Shown piece after piece: positions 26,750 to 29,831 of a stretch of DNA of 29,831 nt. Below the pieces are notes generated by a model. The model was not told where the DNA came from. It searched no databases and saw only the letters and a program-made list of their open reading frames with translations. The stretch's first letter is position 1, and each line of letters opens with the position of its first letter. The translations under genes were made by a program, and so were the position numbers. The DNA comes from a virus (lineage: Duplodnaviria; Caudoviricetes). The stretch spans positions 1 to 29,831 of IMG/VR virus record IMGVR_UViG_3300025653_000181. The stretch is one strand, 5' to 3'.

Positions 26750-27364
26750 TTAGCTAAACAGTGAGAAAAATCTCTCTGTTTCTTTTGCCAACTCCTCTGC
26801 CTGAACTTCGTATTTCTCCATTGCCCAACTATTGCGTGAAAGAAATCTTGCAGGATTTCCTACGTATGTCATTCCAGGTTCGATCCGACTGCTCTTGGTG
26901 ACAATAGTCCCCATGCCAACCATGCTATAGCTTCCCACCACACCATACTGATGCACCATTGCTCCCATTCCCAGATTGGCATACTTCATGACATGCGAAT
27001 GACCAGCCAGCCGAACTCCGCTTGATATCGTAACCCCATCCTCGAGAATACTGTCATGTGCCACATAGCTTCCACTCATTAGAAATCCTCCATTCCCGAT
27101 CACAGTGGGTGTCACCAATCCACTATGAATGACCACATTCTCTCGCACAATTATGTTTGATGCCAGAATGACTCCTTCTTCACCAATTCTGGTTCGATGC
27201 TCAGCATTCTGACCAATACAACTTCCTGCTCCGATCTCCACATTGTCTCCCAGAATCACATTCCCTGAAAGCACAGCATATGGTCCAATCTTTATATGAT
27301 TCCCCTCAAATACAATCTCGCCCTCTAATACTGCTGTCTGATGTATGTCGATACTCATATCCAA
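26750..27364 (-). CDS. LpxA-like left-handed beta-helix acyltransferase
   Basis: Hexapeptide repeats plus LpxA-type motifs VRENVVIHSG, LMSGSYVAHD, LAGHSHV, VHQY..VG..SMVG, GNPAR; shorter C-terminal helical domain. Confidence 0.8.
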   Translation of the reverse strand: MDMSIDIHQTAVLEGEIVFEGNHIKIGPYAVLSGNVILGDNVEIGAGSCIGQNAEHRTRIGEEGVILASNIIVRENVVIHSGLVTPTVIGNGGFLMSGSYVAHDSILEDGVTISSGVRLAGHSHVMKYANLGMGAMVHQYGVVGSYSMVGMGTIVTKSSRIEPGMTYVGNPARFLSRNSWAMEKYEVQAEELAKETERFFSLFS

Positions 27365-28035
27365 TGTTCCAATAACTCTTTCTCTACATTTGGTGGTTTC
27401 GGATTCCCATGAAAGTATACAATCCGAGCATTAATCTTCCGATGAATATCATTCTTACTCCAATGTGCCTTGTAGCTCTGAATCTGATTAGGGAATATTC
27501 TATTTAGCTTTGTACATTCTTCTCCGACTGTCTTACGAAGAAATGCCATCTCGCTGACTGCTCCATTGTACATCAGATCATTCTTGGCAAACAATCGATT
27601 CCGATTCTCCCACAGATGCCAGAGTCTTCCCACACATCTCTGAGAATACATTCCAATCCCATTACAGATCATGCCTTTTGCGAAAGGATCATCCAGCAGT
27701 CCACAGTCTCCATTCCATTCCAGAATAGAATCAATATTTCCCTTGACGATTGTATCCAATCCCAACACCATTCGACTTCCTGAACAGATCTCTGGTCGCA
27801 ATGTCTCCATCATAGGACTCCAACCATCAATCTTTTCCTCAATCATTACAGGAATGACTCGTTCTCGGAATGAATAGTCGGATCGATCGACAAGACAATA
27901 GAAATGATTTCGCTGTCTGCTGTTTCGTTCAATCCCTGCCACCAGTCTGTCTACCCAGACAGGTGAATACCCTGCCTCTGCTGAATAGGCTGGTGTGCCA
28001 TTTCTGTTTGTATATAATACCATGAAGATGTTCAT
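27355..28035 (-). CDS. GT-A fold glycosyltransferase-like protein
   Basis: Y...WVDRL...I.RN, FYCLVD, degenerate DxD (LGLDTIVKGNID), QSYK.H, RIVYFHGNPKP, C-terminal EHW: pattern of small phage glycosyltransferases. Confidence 0.72.
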   Translation of the reverse strand: MNIFMVLYTNRNGTPAYSAEAGYSPVWVDRLVAGIERNSRQRNHFYCLVDRSDYSFRERVIPVMIEEKIDGWSPMMETLRPEICSGSRMVLGLDTIVKGNIDSILEWNGDCGLLDDPFAKGMICNGIGMYSQRCVGRLWHLWENRNRLFAKNDLMYNGAVSEMAFLRKTVGEECTKLNRIFPNQIQSYKAHWSKNDIHRKINARIVYFHGNPKPPNVEKELLEHWI

Positions 28036-28316
28036 GACTCTTTATCATCAAATAGATTACTCCAGATACGAAGTTTTTCTTTTTTGTATGCAGCCCTGTT
28101 CTCAAGTTCTTTTTGTGTGGTGATACCAGCATCAATTAGTAGTTGTAACATGCAATAGACATCACCAGCCTCATTGACAAACTTCTGTCGCTGATCTTCT
28201 TCTATCTCATGCTGATAGGAATACCTTCTTAGAATCTTGGAACATCGTTGGGTAAGCTCACCACATTCTTCTGCGGTGATGAGCATTAGTTGTTGTAGTT
28301 TATTTAATGGGTTCAT
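28032..28316 (-). CDS. MazG-like nucleotide pyrophosphohydrolase domain protein
   Basis: ITAEECGELTQ..SKILR ... EAGDVYCML (EExxE...ExxD metal-binding motif), 94 aa. Confidence 0.75.
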   Translation of the reverse strand: MNPLNKLQQLMLITAEECGELTQRCSKILRRYSYQHEIEEDQRQKFVNEAGDVYCMLQLLIDAGITTQKELENRAAYKKEKLRIWSNLFDDKES

Positions 28317-28362
28317 AGTACTGTAAGGGAAGTTATGTCATAGATTTTGGGGGGAGGGGTAT

Positions 28363-28460
28363 GATGATGTTTCATTGAGATAATGTTTCATTGAGATGAT
28401 CGAGATGATGTTTCATTGAGATGATCGAGATGATGTTTCGAGATGTTTCGAGATAGTTCG
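28363..28460. repeat. Degenerate non-coding tandem repeat
   Basis: ATGTTTCATTGAGATGATCGAGATG twice exactly (28383-28407, 28408-28432) plus partial copies ATGTTTCATTGAGAT and ATGTTTCGAG. Confidence 0.9.
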
Positions 28461-28529
28461 AACTTCCATTATTGCATTTATAGCTTACAATTGCATCTGA
28501 CATTTTTGGGGGAACAGTCCCCAACTGTC

Positions 28530-28772
28530 AAGTTTTAAATTGGAGTGTAGCAATCTTTACTCCATTCCAATATTCGAATCTAGACTGGTATACTCCACTA
28601 GAATATTCTAGTGAATCTGCCTACACTAGAACTAGAGATTGGAGTGTAGCAATCTTTACTCCACTAGAATATTCTAGTGAGAACAGATTAATCTCTGGTC
28701 GAGAATTCTAGTGTAGCAATCTTTACTCCACTAGAATATTGGAGTGAAAGCTGCTACACTCCAATCTCTAGT
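28530..28772. repeat. Palindromic repeat array I (~33-bp period)
   Basis: TGGAGTGTAGCAATCTTTACTCCA at 28541 and 28640 (partial at 28710); perfect 18-bp palindrome CACTAGAATATTCTAGTG at 28596 and 28662; 20-bp inverted repeat 28631-28650/28753-28772. Confidence 0.9.
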
Positions 28773-28941
28773 ATGCCTTTCGCATGCGATCCACCAATTC
28801 CATTTCCATCAGCTGCTCAGGATTCATGCGATGTTCGCTGTAGTTTCTTCGCACCTGCTCCTTGACAAAGTCCACCTGCTTCTTGGCAGGTCGAGAAATA
28901 GCTTTGAACTGATATTGTGCTTTGATCTCTTCCATGACCAT
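28768..28941 (-). CDS. Hypothetical protein (57 aa; start revised from ORF track 29145)
   Basis: MVMEEIKAQYQFKAISRPAKK...; starting at 28941 avoids the overlap with 28952..29200. Confidence 0.5.
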   Translation of the reverse strand: MVMEEIKAQYQFKAISRPAKKQVDFVKEQVRRNYSEHRMNPEQLMEMELVDRMRKAY

Positions 28942-28951
28942 GGTGCGCTTC

Positions 28952-29200
28952 TCAGTTTGAAGGATTGACAATTTGATTATACCATACAGGATCAGCATCA
29001 CGCAGGATTGCCAATGGTGCCTGTCGGCTATCCAGCTTCTCAAAGTATTCTGCTGGAGTATGATTAGCGATAAGCTGCTTGACGAATTTTGCTTTGGTGA
29101 CTGGACCACGATGCTTGAATCGAGCCACAAATTTGCGTTTGCCATTCAGCATGTAGTAGAGGAATCCAGCAGAGGTAACAAACAGGTCTTTTGCAAACAT
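28952..29200 (-). CDS. Hypothetical early protein
   Basis: 82 aa, AGGAG RBS, directly downstream of a sigma70 promoter. Confidence 0.7.
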   Translation of the reverse strand: MFAKDLFVTSAGFLYYMLNGKRKFVARFKHRGPVTKAKFVKQLIANHTPAEYFEKLDSRQAPLAILRDADPVWYNQIVNPSN

Positions 29201-29242
29201 TGGGTTCTCCTAGAGAGTAGTCGTCATCAATCGTATGATTCT

Positions 29243-29271
29243 ATTCTACAGAAATGTTTTCAAAATGTCAA
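29243..29271 (-). promoter_or_regulatory. Sigma70-type early promoter TTGACA-N17-TAGAAT
   Basis: -35 at 29271-29266, -10 at 29248-29243, AAAAA UP-like tract upstream. Confidence 0.8.
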
Positions 29272-29453
29272 GCACTTTTTGCATTGAGAATTCGATAGCC
29301 TTGAAGCTCTGTGCCATCAGATCTGGCATCCATTCTCATGATCTCCTCTGCCTTGGACTTGGACATCTTGGGTAATGTCATCATGTAGTCTCTGCCATTG
29401 GTATACCAGACATGGTAATCAACAGCCAGTTTCGGTGGTGTCTTGCGAGCCAT
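29268..29453 (-). CDS. Hypothetical early protein
   Basis: 61 aa, AGGA RBS; its stop codon lies inside the next promoter's -35 box. Confidence 0.6.
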   Translation of the reverse strand: MARKTPPKLAVDYHVWYTNGRDYMMTLPKMSKSKAEEIMRMDARSDGTELQGYRILNAKSA

Positions 29454-29498
29454 GTTCGAATCCTATTAGAAAATGTTTCAATCAAATTCAACACTGCT

Positions 29499-29527
29499 AT
29501 TCTCTTACATCTCAGAGAAAAAGTCAA
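29499..29527 (-). promoter_or_regulatory. Sigma70-type early promoter TTGACT-N17-GAGAAT
   Basis: Same AAAAA.TGCTTGAC context as the 29271 promoter. Confidence 0.6.
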
Positions 29528-29538
29528 GCATTTTTTGA

Positions 29539-29629
29539 ACACTCTCCAGCCTCACTAGCGGTCGATTTACAGATCTTGAGCTATGGCATTCGCAAAATAA
29601 AATCGACCGCTAGTGAGGCTGGAGAGTGT
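29539..29629. repeat. 30-bp perfect inverted repeat with 31-nt spacer
   Basis: ACACTCTCCAGCCTCACTAGCGGTCGATTT (29539-29568) and its exact reverse complement (29600-29629). Confidence 0.95.
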
Positions 29630-29639
29630 CGAGAGAGGG

Positions 29640-29831
29640 AGTGGAGTCTAGAATGCTTCACTCCTCCATAGGAGTAGAGTGTGGGCTGGTATGCTCCACT
29701 AGAAAATTTGGGTGAAGCAGCCTACACTCCTCTGTTCTAGTGGAGAGAGAACTGGTATACTCCACTCCAATATTGGAGTGTAGCAATCTTTACTCCACCA
29801 GAAAATTGGAGTGAGAACAGATTAATCTCTG
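29640..29831. repeat. Palindromic repeat array II (same family as array I, runs off the right edge)
   Basis: Shares CTGGTATACTCCACT, TGGAGTGTAGCAATCTTTACTCCA (29774-29797) and GAGAACAGATTAATCTCTG with array I; perfect palindrome CACTCCAATATTGGAGTG at 29763-29780. Confidence 0.9.

Noticed and set aside
28498-28531. TTGACA at 28531-28526 as a sigma70 promoter, or the TGACA..GGGG/CCCC..TGTCA hairpin as a terminator
   Set aside because: No -10 box at the correct spacing; the hairpin is imperfect and lacks a clear U-tract, so neither call is supportable.
28942-29145. N-terminal extension of ORF 28768..29145 as given in the ORF track
   Set aside because: Overlaps the better-supported 28952..29200 (RBS + promoter) in another frame; a start at 28941 is more parsimonious.
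28530-29831. CRISPR or mini-CRISPR array with repeat TGGAGTGTAGCAATCTTTACTCCA
   Set aside because: The intervening sequences are themselves repeated and palindromic rather than unique spacers, spacing is irregular, and no cas genes are present.
1-29831. Alternative genetic code (stop-codon reassignment)
   Set aside because: Conserved genes (gp5, gp6, gp8, gp25, VrlC-like) are full length under the standard code and no suppressor tRNA is seen.

Overview
This window is a fragment of a large T4-like (myovirus) phage genome with the gene order of aquatic cyanophage/pelagiphage-like T4 relatives. All credible genes are on the minus strand. The left ~23 kb is a late structural module: gp5 spike, a 31-aa Cys-rich microprotein missed by the ORF track, PAAR/gp5.4, gp25, gp6, gp7, gp8, a 2111-aa VrlC/DUF4815-like virion protein, fibre-like proteins, and three paralogous six-bladed Kelch-like beta-propeller genes built from 18 near-identical ~141-bp units. 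These genes are preceded by (T)ATAAATA late promoters. The right ~6.8 kb is an early/accessory region with sigma70-type promoters, a structurally aberrant tRNA-Ile(UAU), a glycosyltransferase + LpxA-like acyltransferase pair, a MazG-like protein, many small ORFs, and non-coding arrays of phased palindromic repeats. Most notable: (1) a metallothionein-like peptide gene coupled between gp5 and PAAR; (2) a D-armless 8/4 tRNA with a possible pseudoknot; (3) a propeller repertoire with a constant scaffold and hypervariable loops; (4) ~33-bp-phased CACT-N10-AGTG dyad arrays flanking an early-gene cassette. All calls are by eye; no database searches were run.
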